Shown: piece after piece, positions 28,687 to 38,002 of the stretch
How the letters are laid out: each line of letters begins with the position of its first letter
Position numbering within the stretch: position 1 is the stretch's first letter
NCBI GenBank assembly: GCA_020719775.1
Contig: DYPS01000002.1
Coordinates: forward strand, 7,837-71,836
Direction of reading: 5' to 3'
Origin: Desulfosporosinus sp.
GTDB taxonomy: Bacteria; Campylobacterota; Campylobacteria; Campylobacterales; Arcobacteraceae
Length of the DNA: 64,000 bases
The notes under the pieces: model-generated
Seen by the model: the letters and a program-made list of their open reading frames with translations, nothing else
Told to the model about the DNA's origin: nothing
Database searches by the model: none
Made by a program: the position numbers and the translations under genes

Positions 28687-29733
28687 TTAGTCAATCATAC
28701 TTAATTTTTGTTCTATATACTTCTTGACTACTTGATAGTCTATTGTTTCTTTAAAATCATCAAAATATGCTCCACTTGCGTTTGGATGTCCTCCACCATT
28801 TGCTAATTTTTGAGCTAGTACAGAAACATCGATCTTTCCAGTTGCTCTAAATCCAACATTTCCTCTTTTGTTTATATTTACAAAAAAATCATAATCTGGA
28901 TTCTCTTTTAAGAAAGTATTAGCAGCGATTGAGATATTAAAGAGATTGTATGACAGAAGACCCTTGTGCTCTTTGTAGTAAACAGTCAACTGATCTTTTT
29001 TATTTTTTAGTAAGTATACTAAATATTTTGCTGAAAGATTGTCAATTGTATCATTTTGCTCATCTAACATTAAACATTCTTTTTTAAGATGGTGAATATC
29101 GTCATCAAGTACAATATGACCTGAATCTTTTGTGATATATTGAGCAGCTTTTAGAAGTAATTTGTGCCTAAAATTTCTATTTTCATCTGGAAAAAGTGTT
29201 CCATTAATTTCATTTGCACTACTAACCAAACTCATGATAACTTTTCCAAATTCAAAATAAGGATCAAATTCACACCAAATATCAACATCATCAATCGCTT
29301 CAATCAATAATTTAAATTCAAAACTACAAAGCGAATCAAATTCTTCATAATTTTCCATAAAATAATCAAATACTATTTTTGTAGCACTTCGTTTAGTATC
29401 TAAAAAATACCAATCATATTTTAGAGCACTCGCTTCCCCTGTGATATGATGATCCAAAAGTTGGAGTTTGATATTTTTTCCATTATTATTCAGTTGATCA
29501 ATTATCTTTGTAAGATTTTTTGATTCATCAACACTTAGATTCAAATCACTTATTAAAAAAAAGAAATCCTTTTCATTTGAGGCCTTAATTTGCGCAATGA
29601 TTGTAGAGATTGTTGATTTTACTTCACCTCCATAGTTTGCATTATAGAATTTACCATTTGGATATATTTTTCTTGAGATAAGTTGGCATCCATAACCATC
29701 CAAATCAGTATGAGACATATGGAAAAAGATCAT
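28687..29733 (-). CDS. DHH/DHHA1 family phosphoesterase (NrnA-like)
   Basis: HTDLDGYG (motif I), LLDHH (DHH) and GGGHPNASGA (DHHA1); 348 aa. The ATG overlaps the stop of the upstream rrf2 gene (ATGA). Confidence 0.75.
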   Translation of the reverse strand: MIFFHMSHTDLDGYGCQLISRKIYPNGKFYNANYGGEVKSTISTIIAQIKASNEKDFFFLISDLNLSVDESKNLTKIIDQLNNNGKNIKLQLLDHHITGEASALKYDWYFLDTKRSATKIVFDYFMENYEEFDSLCSFEFKLLIEAIDDVDIWCEFDPYFEFGKVIMSLVSSANEINGTLFPDENRNFRHKLLLKAAQYITKDSGHIVLDDDIHHLKKECLMLDEQNDTIDNLSAKYLVYLLKNKKDQLTVYYKEHKGLLSYNLFNISIAANTFLKENPDYDFFVNINKRGNVGFRATGKIDVSVLAQKLANGGGHPNASGAYFDDFKETIDYQVVKKYIEQKLSMID

Positions 29734-30131
29734 GTTAGTATATCCTTTAGTGTGATTTGGCCTAAAAAGTCATCTATTTTTAGTTGTAGTTTATTTAGCA
29801 TTGGCCATAAATTGCAATCTTGTGCTTTGTTGCTTGGGCACCCATCAATTGATGAAGAGCACTCAAAAACACTGATACTTTTATCTTCTGAAATTTCTGT
29901 AATTTTTAATATAGATAACTCTTCTGGAGGCAAAGCCAAAATAAATCCACCATTTGTCCCTTTGAATGAAAGAAGGATACCATTTTTGGAAAATTCTTGT
30001 AATATTTTCGCCAAATATGCTTTTGGGATATTTAATTCTTTTGACAATAGTTCAACATTTTTAGGTGTTTGAGTTTTAGCGATAGAGGCAAGAGACAGTA
30101 TCGCATATTCCGTTTTTTTAGTTAACAACAT
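29730..30131 (-). CDS. Rrf2 family transcriptional regulator with putative Fe-S ligand cysteines
   Basis: N-terminal MLLTKKTEYAILSLASIAK winged-helix signature and a C-terminal cluster CSSSIDGCPSNKAQDC; 133 aa. Confidence 0.85.
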   Translation of the reverse strand: MLLTKKTEYAILSLASIAKTQTPKNVELLSKELNIPKAYLAKILQEFSKNGILLSFKGTNGGFILALPPEELSILKITEISEDKSISVFECSSSIDGCPSNKAQDCNLWPMLNKLQLKIDDFLGQITLKDILT

Positions 30132-30390
30132 GAGGACAGTTTACCTAAATAGTTTTAATACTGACTAAAAAAGAAAAGCTTTTATTTAGTTCACTATAAA
30201 GCAACTATTTGTAATGTATATTTATTTGTATATAAGATTAAAATCTTTATAATCATTAGCTCGTTCATCTTAATTCTACAAAGATTTTTGAAAAATCATT
30301 TTAGTAATTAAAAATTAAGACCTAACAAAAATCCTGAAGCAAAGTGGATTTTTATTTACGAATGAAAAATTTAAAAATAAGGAAATTATT

Positions 30391-31134
30391 ATGAAAAAAT
30401 TATTAGTTATATCGTTTTTGCTATATGGATTAAGTGGAAGTTTATGGGCTGAAGATATCAAAGTTTTTGTAGCTTCAAGTGCGAAATTAGCGATGAATGA
30501 TATAGTAAAAGAGTTTAAAAAATCAAATCCAAAGGATGAGATAGTTTTAGCTTTTGGGGCTTCTGGAAAAGGATATGCACAATTATCAAATGGATTCAAG
30601 TATGATGTTTTTATGGCAGCCGATAGTAAACATCCTGCAAAAATTGTAGCAGATGGACTAGCCATTGGTAATCCAGAAGTATATGCGTTTGGAGTTGTTG
30701 CGCTGTATAGTAATGATAAAGAACTCATGAAACTTGGAATAAATGCTTTTAAAAATGATAAAGTAAAACATATCTCAATAGCAAATCCAAAAGTTGCCCC
30801 CTATGGAGTTGCTGCAATGGAAATCTTAACAAGTTATGGTGTAAAAGATGTTGTTAGCGGTAAAATCGTAATGGGTGATAATATCGCCCAAAGTGTTCAA
30901 TTTGTGGATTCAGGGGCTGCTGATATTGGTCTTGTGGCATATTCGCTTCTAAAAGAAACACAACCAAAAGGGGAATATCTAGTGATAGATAAATCAAAAT
31001 ATGCTCCAATGGAACAATCATTTGTAATCACAAAATATGCGAAAGATAAACCTCTTGCTACAAAATTTGCTTCATTTATCACTTCAAAAAGTGCAAAAGC
31101 AATTTTCAAAAAATATGGATTTGAAACAAAATGA
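30391..31134 (+). CDS. modA: molybdate ABC transporter substrate-binding protein
   Basis: Signal peptide, then FVASSAKLAM, FGASGKGYAQL, ANPKVAPYG and VDSGAADIG motifs; 247 aa. Confidence 0.9.
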   Translation: MKKLLVISFLLYGLSGSLWAEDIKVFVASSAKLAMNDIVKEFKKSNPKDEIVLAFGASGKGYAQLSNGFKYDVFMAADSKHPAKIVADGLAIGNPEVYAFGVVALYSNDKELMKLGINAFKNDKVKHISIANPKVAPYGVAAMEILTSYGVKDVVSGKIVMGDNIAQSVQFVDSGAADIGLVAYSLLKETQPKGEYLVIDKSKYAPMEQSFVITKYAKDKPLATKFASFITSKSAKAIFKKYGFETK

Positions 31135-31520
31135 ATAAACTAAGTGGAACCATCAAGCATACAAAACATGCAGAGGGAATTACACATGTGTATGTGGATG
31201 TAGGTGATACTATTTTTAGTGTGCTTATTTTAAGTGGTAATGAAGAGTATCAAAAAGGGGATAAAGTTCACCTGTTTTTCAAAGAAACAGAAGTAATGAT
31301 AGGATCAAAAGAATCTGTTATTAGCGCAAGAAACTCTTTTATTTCCCCTATCACTTATATCAATACGGGGGAGATTTTGGCTGAAGTACATTTTGATTTT
31401 GATGGAGCGAGAATAGTTTCAATAGTGACAAAAGGAGCACTCTATGACCTAAAATGCAATCTTAGAGATGAGTTTAGATGGTTTGTTAAGTCAAATGAAG
31501 TTTCGATTGCAAAGGTGTAA
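31131..31520 (+). CDS. di-Mop/TOBE molybdate-binding protein (no DNA-binding domain)
   Basis: 129 aa with two TOBE-like repeats (NKLSGTIKH...; SARNSFISPITYINTGEILAEVHFDF). It sits between modA and modB, as in Campylobacter. Confidence 0.75.
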   Translation: MNKLSGTIKHTKHAEGITHVYVDVGDTIFSVLILSGNEEYQKGDKVHLFFKETEVMIGSKESVISARNSFISPITYINTGEILAEVHFDFDGARIVSIVTKGALYDLKCNLRDEFRWFVKSNEVSIAKV

Positions 31521-31522
31521 AT

Positions 31523-32203
31523 ATGGATGAATCTTTTTTTCAAACAATGAAACTCACATTTGAGTTAGCAGGTATTACCACTTTCATATTACTCATGATC
31601 GGGATACCTCTTGGGTATTATCTCTCTCAAACCAAATCCAAATTCAAACCAGTATTTGAAGCCTTTGTTTCTATGCCTTTAGTTTTGCCACCATCTGTTC
31701 TTGGGTTTTACTTGCTTCTTGCTTTTAGTCCAAAAAATGCTTTTGGTGCTTGGCTAGAAGAGAACTTTGATATTAGACTTGTTTTTAGTTTTGAAGGGCT
31801 TGTTGTCGCTTCGATTATTTTTAGTTTACCTTTTATGGTTCATCCAATTCAAAGCGGTTTTAGTACTTTGAGTAAATCGTTTCAGGAGGCTTCTTATATC
31901 TTGGGAAAAAGCAAGTTTCAAACCATTTGGTTTGTACTTTTACCAAATATCAAGCCTTCGCTTTTAACTGGCGCAGTCATCACGTTTGCTCATACCGTTG
32001 GAGAGTTTGGGGTAGTTTTGATGATAGGTGGAAATATCGCAGGGGAGACAAAAGTAGCAAGTATCGCTATTTATGATGAAGTGGAAGCTTTGAATTATGG
32101 TTTAGCAAATCAATATGCTTTTACTTTATTTGTTATCTCCTTTTGTATTTTGATTTTTGTATATGCACTAAATAAATCTATGGCAAGGGGTGAATTTAGA
32201 TGA
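31523..32203 (+). CDS. modB: molybdate ABC transporter permease
   Basis: 226 aa with five TM segments and the EAA-type loop EASYILGKSKFQTIWFVLLP. Confidence 0.9.
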   Translation: MDESFFQTMKLTFELAGITTFILLMIGIPLGYYLSQTKSKFKPVFEAFVSMPLVLPPSVLGFYLLLAFSPKNAFGAWLEENFDIRLVFSFEGLVVASIIFSLPFMVHPIQSGFSTLSKSFQEASYILGKSKFQTIWFVLLPNIKPSLLTGAVITFAHTVGEFGVVLMIGGNIAGETKVASIAIYDEVEALNYGLANQYAFTLFVISFCILIFVYALNKSMARGEFR

Positions 32204-33072
32204 TAGAGATAAAGATAACAAAACCACTCCATACAGCAGATGGAGCGATAGATTTAGTAGTAAACAAAGAGATACAAAACGGCGACTTTCTCACACTTTT
32301 TGGCAAAAGTGGAAGTGGAAAAACGACATTGCTTCGAATACTAGCTGGGCTTGAAACTCCAAAAACTGGCACGATTATAGTCGATGGCGAGGTGTGGTTT
32401 GATAGCAGTAAAAAAATCAACCTTCCCCCACAAAAGAGAAATGTAGGATTTGTTTTTCAAGATTATGCCCTTTTTCCAAATATGAGTGTGCGACAAAATC
32501 TTGAATTTGCCCTAAAAGATAAAAACGATATCAAAAAAGTTGATGAGATTTTAGCAATTATGGAGATAGAGAGTCTCTCCTCTATGAAACCAATTCACTT
32601 AAGCGGTGGTCAAAAACAAAGGGTTGCAGTGGCTAGAACATTGATGACAAATCCAAAAATGTTGCTACTTGATGAACCACTCTCAGCACTTGATAGTGCG
32701 ATGAGACAGAAACTTCAAGATGAACTACATGAGATTCACAAACGATTTGGTATCATCTCTATTTTGGTAAGTCATGATATTAGTGAAGTTTTTAGACTCT
32801 CAAATCGTGTATTTAAAATCAATTTAGGGCAAATCACAGATGATGGAAACCCAAGTGAAGTATTTGCCAATCAAAATATCAGCGGTAAATTTAAAATTGT
32901 AGGGGAGATATTAAGCATCAAAAGAAGTGATATAGTATATATCATAGAGGTTTTAGCTCATAATGAGATAGTAAAAGTTACAGCTATGAAATATGAAATT
33001 GAGAATTTAAACATTGGTGACAAAATTTTACTTTCAAGCAAAGCGTTTAATCCAATTTTGACAAAAATATAA
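32200..33072 (+). CDS. modC: molybdate ABC transporter ATP-binding protein
   Basis: Walker A GKSGSGKTT, signature LSGGQKQRV, Walker B LLLDEP and a C-terminal TOBE-like domain. Confidence 0.88.
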   Translation: MIEIKITKPLHTADGAIDLVVNKEIQNGDFLTLFGKSGSGKTTLLRILAGLETPKTGTIIVDGEVWFDSSKKINLPPQKRNVGFVFQDYALFPNMSVRQNLEFALKDKNDIKKVDEILAIMEIESLSSMKPIHLSGGQKQRVAVARTLMTNPKMLLLDEPLSALDSAMRQKLQDELHEIHKRFGIISILVSHDISEVFRLSNRVFKINLGQITDDGNPSEVFANQNISGKFKIVGEILSIKRSDIVYIIEVLAHNEIVKVTAMKYEIENLNIGDKILLSSKAFNPILTKI

Positions 33073-33156
33073 AATTAGAAAATATAATAATTCAGTATAT
33101 AGTTTAATCATTAAAAAACTATAATTGTGCATTAAAAATAAATATAGAGGGAAACA

Positions 33157-33906
33157 ATGACAAAAACTATAATAACCGTATCGATTCTTGGAACTTTTGC
33201 ATTTGCTAATTTACAAAACGAAACAGTGCTCATTGAACAAAAAATCAAAAGCATACTTCCAAATGCACCAATTAGTAAAATCGAAATGAGTGAAATTAAG
33301 AGTATCTATAAAGTTTATTTTCCAAATGGAAAAATATTGTATGTTGCTCCAGATGAAAAACTTATAGTAGCCGGTGAAATATTTAAACCCAATGGAGATT
33401 CTTTGACACAGAAAGATCAAGAAAAATGGCAAAATGAATTAGAAGCAAAGCAAGTAGAAAATCTTACATCAATTAAACTAATCGGTGATAGTTTAAAAAT
33501 TGATTTTGGTACTGGTGCTAAAAAATATGAATTTGTTATTTTTACAGATCCTGAATGCCCGTACTGTAAAAAAGTAGAGAGTGAATTTGAAAATAAAAAC
33601 GCAACTTTATACTATAATTTTATGCCATTAGATTTCCATAAAAATGCGACTCGATGGTCTTTAGACATTCTTTCTTCTAAAAATTCCAAACAAACTATTC
33701 TTGATATTAAGAATGGAAAATCTCCAAAAATTGAACACACAAAAGATTCACAAATAAGACTTGATAAAATGATAGCAAAAGCAAAAAGTTTAAATATATC
33801 AGGAACTCCCAAATTATTTATCATAGAAAAATCAACAAATAAAGTTGTTGATACAATAAACGGGGCAGATATGTCTAAAATAAGAAAATATTTATCAGAA
33901 GAATAA
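33157..33906 (+). CDS. periplasmic thiol:disulfide interchange protein, DsbC/DsbG-like
   Basis: Signal peptide, an N-terminal dimerisation-like domain (IYKVYFPNGKILYVAPDEKLIVAGEIF) and a thioredoxin fold with a CPYC active site. Confidence 0.75.
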   Translation: MTKTIITVSILGTFAFANLQNETVLIEQKIKSILPNAPISKIEMSEIKSIYKVYFPNGKILYVAPDEKLIVAGEIFKPNGDSLTQKDQEKWQNELEAKQVENLTSIKLIGDSLKIDFGTGAKKYEFVIFTDPECPYCKKVESEFENKNATLYYNFMPLDFHKNATRWSLDILSSKNSKQTILDIKNGKSPKIEHTKDSQIRLDKMIAKAKSLNISGTPKLFIIEKSTNKVVDTINGADMSKIRKYLSEE

Positions 33907-33939
33907 AAAATTAATCTAGCATAATTTTATGCTAGATTA
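33905..33939 (-). terminator. intrinsic terminator after yebC (hairpin also faces the convergent dsbC-like gene)
   Basis: Perfect 13-nt inverted repeat TAATCTAGCATAA / TTATGCTAGATTA (33912-33924 / 33927-33939), followed on the minus strand by TTTTTT. Confidence 0.6.
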
Positions 33940-34643
33940 GTATAAATATTTTGAACATCATCATCATCTTCAAGTTTATCAAGAAGAATTGAAAGTTGTT
34001 CCATTTGCTCATCTGTGATCTCAATAGGTGAAGTTGGAATTCTCTGGAGAGAACCTTTTTCGTACTCTATTCCTAATTCTTCAAGCTTTTTAGACATATT
34101 TCCAAAATCAGTATAATCAGCATAAAGGATGATTGAACCATCATTCTCTTCCCTAAGCTCTTCAAGTCCACCATCAATAAGTTCCATCTCTAAATCTTCA
34201 AGTGTCATTAAAACAGGCTTCTCTTTAAGTTCGAAAACCGCTTTTCTTGAAAACATAAACTCCAAAGAACCATTTGGAACAACTTGCCCATGATTTTTAT
34301 TGAATATCATTTTAATATTTGCTACTGTTCTTGTTCCATTATCTGTTGCTGTTTCTACAAAAACAAGTACTCCATGGAGCCATTTCCCTTCATAGTTTAA
34401 TTCATCAAGATTTGCTGCATCTTTTGATGTTGCTCTTTTGATAGCTGCTTCAATATTATCTTTTGGAAGATTTTGAGCTTTTGCTGTGTTGATTGCTGAT
34501 CTTAATGCTGGATTCATATCAGGATCAGGCACACCATTTTTTGCAGCAAGTGTGATAGCTTTAGCTAATTTTGGGAAAACTCTTGACATATTTCCCCATC
34601 TTTTTAATTTTGACGCTTTTCTATATTCAAAGGCTCTACCCAT
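33927..34643 (-). CDS. YebC/PmpR family DNA-binding transcriptional regulator
   Basis: [24 protein letters not shown]-terminus and family-typical length (238 aa). Confidence 0.93.
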   Translation of the reverse strand: MGRAFEYRKASKLKRWGNMSRVFPKLAKAITLAAKNGVPDPDMNPALRSAINTAKAQNLPKDNIEAAIKRATSKDAANLDELNYEGKWLHGVLVFVETATDNGTRTVANIKMIFNKNHGQVVPNGSLEFMFSRKAVFELKEKPVLMTLEDLEMELIDGGLEELREENDGSIILYADYTDFGNMSKKLEELGIEYEKGSLQRIPTSPIEITDEQMEQLSILLDKLEDDDDVQNIYTNLA

Positions 34644-34645
34644 TG

Positions 34646-35155
34646 TTAATATTCTCCTTGTAATTTAATTAATGTTTCTTTCACTATATCTGAATGTAAA
34701 ATTTGAATCTTTTCGCCTTTTACAGATTTAGTTTTTCTTACATTTACATTTTCAAAAACAGCTGCAATTTTTCCAGCTGGATCAATTATAAATGTTGTTC
34801 GAACAACTCCCATAAACTCTCTTCCCATAAATTTTTTCATCTGCCAAACGCCATAAGCTTCACAGATTTTTTTATCTTCATCACTTAAAAGTGTTATCTC
34901 CAAGCTTTTGTTTTCAATAAACTTTTTATGTGATTTTGGGCTATCTGGACTTACTCCTAAAATAACACCATTTAAATCTTCAAAATGTTCATTATCACTA
35001 GAAAAATCACAAGCTTCAGTTGTACAACCTGGTGTATTGTCTTTCGGATAAAAATATAAAATTATCCATTTCCCAGCCAAATCTCGTAAGCAAATCTCCA
35101 CTTCATCTTGATTTGGAATACAAAATTCTGGAGCAGTATCATCGATTTTAAGCAT
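34646..35155 (-). CDS. bcp: thioredoxin-dependent peroxiredoxin Bcp
   Basis: [15 protein letters not shown] active-site motif; 169 aa. Confidence 0.9.
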   Translation of the reverse strand: MLKIDDTAPEFCIPNQDEVEICLRDLAGKWIILYFYPKDNTPGCTTEACDFSSDNEHFEDLNGVILGVSPDSPKSHKKFIENKSLEITLLSDEDKKICEAYGVWQMKKFMGREFMGVVRTTFIIDPAGKIAAVFENVNVRKTKSVKGEKIQILHSDIVKETLIKLQGEY

Positions 35156-35326
35156 AGTACCTCTTTTAAAAATTTTATGGATTGTATCAAAAAAATGGTT
35201 AATATTTTTTAATCTTTTCCCTTATTATTTATTGTATAAGAAAATATAATACCACATTCAGTAAACTTTTATTTTACGAGAATACAATGCTTAAATCTAA
35301 ATGATAAAATAATGAGGAGATAAAAA

Positions 35327-36259
35327 ATGAATAAAATAGTTGCGTTATTATTAATTGGAGTTTTTACAATTGTATTTGCACACGATGTACAAATAATTAG
35401 TATTGATAACAAAGATGAAAAAATTACACCAAAAACAATCGAAGATGTTTTTAAAACAAATGGATTTTATATTTCAGATAATAGGGATATGAATACCCCT
35501 TTTATGAAGCAATTTGGTCAAACTGATTTTAAAGTATATAATCTTTTTACAGCATACCATATGCAGTCCGTTAAAAATCTTGCGAAAGAATTTCCAAGAA
35601 TTGGTCTTTTAACACCTATGAGCATGTCGATATATACCAAAAAAGGGGAAAATAAACTTTATGTTTCTTCTTTGACTTTGGATGCTATGTCAAAAATTAC
35701 AGGGATTCCTGTAGCAAATAAAGATTTACAAAATATTGCTAAAATTACAAAAAGTTTACTTGAAAAAGCAATTCCAAATGGGCAATGGGAAACTATTAAT
35801 TATGGCGTGACTCCAAGTGAAAAAGAGCTTATTACCAAAATGAACATCACACTTAAAGATACTCAATGGAAAGAAGATAGTGAGAGTTTAATTGAAGAGT
35901 TCGAAGGAAATATTGAGATGCAAGGCTTTGTTCAAGCTGGATACAACGATATCAATTATTATTTTAAAGAAGCTGAGGATAAAACATTTGATCTTTTTAT
36001 ATCTGAGTCAATTTGTAAACTTCCTGTTATTTATGCTGTAGCAAAAACAAAACCAGAAGCTGGAGCATTTGCACCTTGTAGTGTTATGTTTTATAAAAAA
36101 GCTGATAGCCCAGTGATGTATGTGGAATATCCAAATGTATACAACTGGATCTCATCACTTACAATCGTTGATAAAGAAGGGCTCAAAGAACTTCTTGAAG
36201 CACAAGCAAAAATGGAAGTGATTTTACATAATCTAAAATCAGATTACAATAAATTTTAA
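35327..36259 (+). CDS. hypothetical periplasmic protein (possibly tandem DUF302-like)
   Basis: 310 aa with signal peptide MNKIVALLLIGVFTIVFA and a strong GAGGAG RBS. LLTPMSMSIY and FAPCSVMFYKK weakly resemble DUF302 strands. Confidence 0.3.
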   Translation: MNKIVALLLIGVFTIVFAHDVQIISIDNKDEKITPKTIEDVFKTNGFYISDNRDMNTPFMKQFGQTDFKVYNLFTAYHMQSVKNLAKEFPRIGLLTPMSMSIYTKKGENKLYVSSLTLDAMSKITGIPVANKDLQNIAKITKSLLEKAIPNGQWETINYGVTPSEKELITKMNITLKDTQWKEDSESLIEEFEGNIEMQGFVQAGYNDINYYFKEAEDKTFDLFISESICKLPVIYAVAKTKPEAGAFAPCSVMFYKKADSPVMYVEYPNVYNWISSLTIVDKEGLKELLEAQAKMEVILHNLKSDYNKF

Positions 36260-36270
36260 TCCTACCATCA

Positions 36271-36307
36271 AAAAAGCTAAATCAAAAACGATTTAGCTTT
36301 TCTTTTT
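36271..36307 (+). terminator. rho-independent terminator
   Basis: Stem AGCTAAATC / GATTTAGCT (36275-36283 / 36290-36298) with a 6-nt loop, followed by TTTCTTTTT. It lies 12 nt after the stop of the upstream CDS. Confidence 0.7.
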
Positions 36308-36341
36308 AAAAACTAAACAAAACTCCGATATAATCTAAGCT

Positions 36342-37064
36342 ATGAAAAAAGATGAAGTATTTAAAGAAAAAATAAAAAAACAATTTGAGTTTGATGAATC
36401 AGTAGCTAGTGTATTTGATGATATGCTTAATCGTTCCGTTCCGTTTTATGAAGAGATGCTGCATCTCACAACCTCTTTTGGTTTAAAATATTTAAACGAT
36501 AATGATAGAGTCTATGATCTTGGATGTTCAACAGCTTCAACATTGATTCATTTAGCAAAACACAGTAATGTTTCGCTCAATCTTATTGGGATAGATAGTT
36601 CCAATGCAATGCTTCAAAGGGCTTCAAACAAAGCAAAAGCTTTTGGAATAGATATTACTTTTTTAGAAGATGATTTTTTTGATATTGAACTTAAAAAATC
36701 AAAACTCATCATCGCAAACTATACCCTTCAATTTATACGACCACTTAAACGAGAAGTACTTATTAAAAAGATTTATGATAGTTTAGAAGATGGTGGGATT
36801 TTTATATTTAGCGAAAAAGTGATCACTGAAGATAAAATTTTAAATAAATATTTTATAGATGAATATTATGCTTTCAAAAAAAATCAAGGTTATAGTGAAT
36901 TTGAAATAGCACAAAAAAGAGAAGCCTTAGAAAATGTTCTTATTCCTTATAGCTACAATGAAAATAAGCAGATGATTTTAGATGCTGGATTTAAGCAATT
37001 TGATTGTATCTTTAAGTGGATAAATTTCGGGACATTCGTCGCCATAAAAAACAATTCTAAATAA
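36342..37064 (+). CDS. cmoA: carboxy-S-adenosyl-L-methionine synthase
   Basis: 240 aa. [10 protein letters not shown] (SAM motif) and [13 protein letters not shown] are typical of CmoA. Confidence 0.85.
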   Translation: MKKDEVFKEKIKKQFEFDESVASVFDDMLNRSVPFYEEMLHLTTSFGLKYLNDNDRVYDLGCSTASTLIHLAKHSNVSLNLIGIDSSNAMLQRASNKAKAFGIDITFLEDDFFDIELKKSKLIIANYTLQFIRPLKREVLIKKIYDSLEDGGIFIFSEKVITEDKILNKYFIDEYYAFKKNQGYSEFEIAQKREALENVLIPYSYNENKQMILDAGFKQFDCIFKWINFGTFVAIKNNSK

Positions 37065-37097
37065 AAAACTATCTAGAATATTTTCAGATAGTTTTTT
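37064..37097. terminator. putative bidirectional terminator between convergent cmoA and the sdh operon
   Basis: Stem AACTATCT / AGATAGTT (37067-37074 / 37086-37093) flanked by an A-run and a T-run. The stem is AT-rich and weak. Confidence 0.45.
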
Positions 37098-37111
37098 ATA
37101 ATACTCAATAA

Positions 37112-37993
37112 TTATTTAGAAATTCCTGTTTGAGTTACATTATGATTTAAACCTAACTCTTTTGCACTAATTCCAAGTGCAATTCCAACCATTTGAGGAA
37201 GATGTAATACTGGGATATTTATTTCTCTTCCGGCTTGTTTTGAGATATTGTGTTGTTGTACATCCATTCTAAGATGACACAATGGACAAGGTGTTACCAT
37301 CATATCCGCATTATTATCAATAGCATCTAACATCGCAATTGCACTTAACTTATTTGCTGTTGTTGGATTTTGAAGCTCAACATGGAATCCGCAACATTTA
37401 TTTTTTGATTCGTACTCTACCGCATTTCCACCAAGAGCTTTTACTAAGTTATCTAATGAAACTGGCTTATATGAATTCTCTCCGCCATTATTTTTGTTTT
37501 GCAGATGACTTGGTCTAATATTGTGGCATCCATAAAAAGAAGCGATATTTACATCACTCATAGGATTAGTTACTTGAGCAGCTATTTTATCGTATCCATA
37601 GTCATCTTGAAGTGCATACAAAAAGTGTTTTACTTCACTTGTTCCCTTGTATTCTAGTCCAACTTCAGCCAATTTTGCATTTACTTTTGCTTTTAATTCA
37701 GGATCATTGTCAAGTCTATCTTTTGTTAAACTTGTATTTAATTGACAAGTATTGCAAATAGTTACCATTGTAAGTCCTAATTTCTCAGCGTAACAGATAT
37801 TTCTAGCATTTAAAACTAAAGATAACATATCGTCAAAATCTTGTAAATGACTTGCTCCACAACAACTAGCTTCATCCAAAAGCACAAGCTCAATTCCAAG
37901 TTTATTTGCGATTGCCATTGTTGATTTTAATAATTCAGGAGTAGATTCTCTAGCTGTACAACCTGTGTATAATGCATATTTTAATTTTTCCAT
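37112..37993 (-). CDS. succinate dehydrogenase/fumarate reductase subunit with two cysteine-rich CCG domains (type E SdhE/MfrE, HdrB-like)
   Basis: 293 aa. CCG motifs ASCCGASH and NKCCGFH, plus CNTC and CPLCH. No TM helices. Confidence 0.8.
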   Translation of the reverse strand: MEKLKYALYTGCTARESTPELLKSTMAIANKLGIELVLLDEASCCGASHLQDFDDMLSLVLNARNICYAEKLGLTMVTICNTCQLNTSLTKDRLDNDPELKAKVNAKLAEVGLEYKGTSEVKHFLYALQDDYGYDKIAAQVTNPMSDVNIASFYGCHNIRPSHLQNKNNGGENSYKPVSLDNLVKALGGNAVEYESKNKCCGFHVELQNPTTANKLSAIAMLDAIDNNADMMVTPCPLCHLRMDVQQHNISKQAGREINIPVLHLPQMVGIALGISAKELGLNHNVTQTGISK

Positions 37994-38002
37994 TTTTACT
38001 CC

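Noticed and set aside
30132-30390. Possible molybdenum-cofactor riboswitch upstream of modA.
   Set aside because: The region is almost pure A/T and lacks the GC-rich conserved helices and loops of the Moco RNA motif. Only a weak hairpin is present, and it is reported separately.
31131-31520. HTH-less di-Mop protein between modA and modB, considered as a novel regulator.
   Set aside because: From memory, the same arrangement exists in the Campylobacter jejuni mod locus (a molybdenum-pterin-binding protein between modA and modB). It is a known conserved feature, not a novelty.
33098-33123. Hairpin TATAGTTT-N10-AAACTATA after modC, considered as a terminator.
   Set aside because: The stem has a single G-C pair and no downstream T-run, so it is too weak to call.
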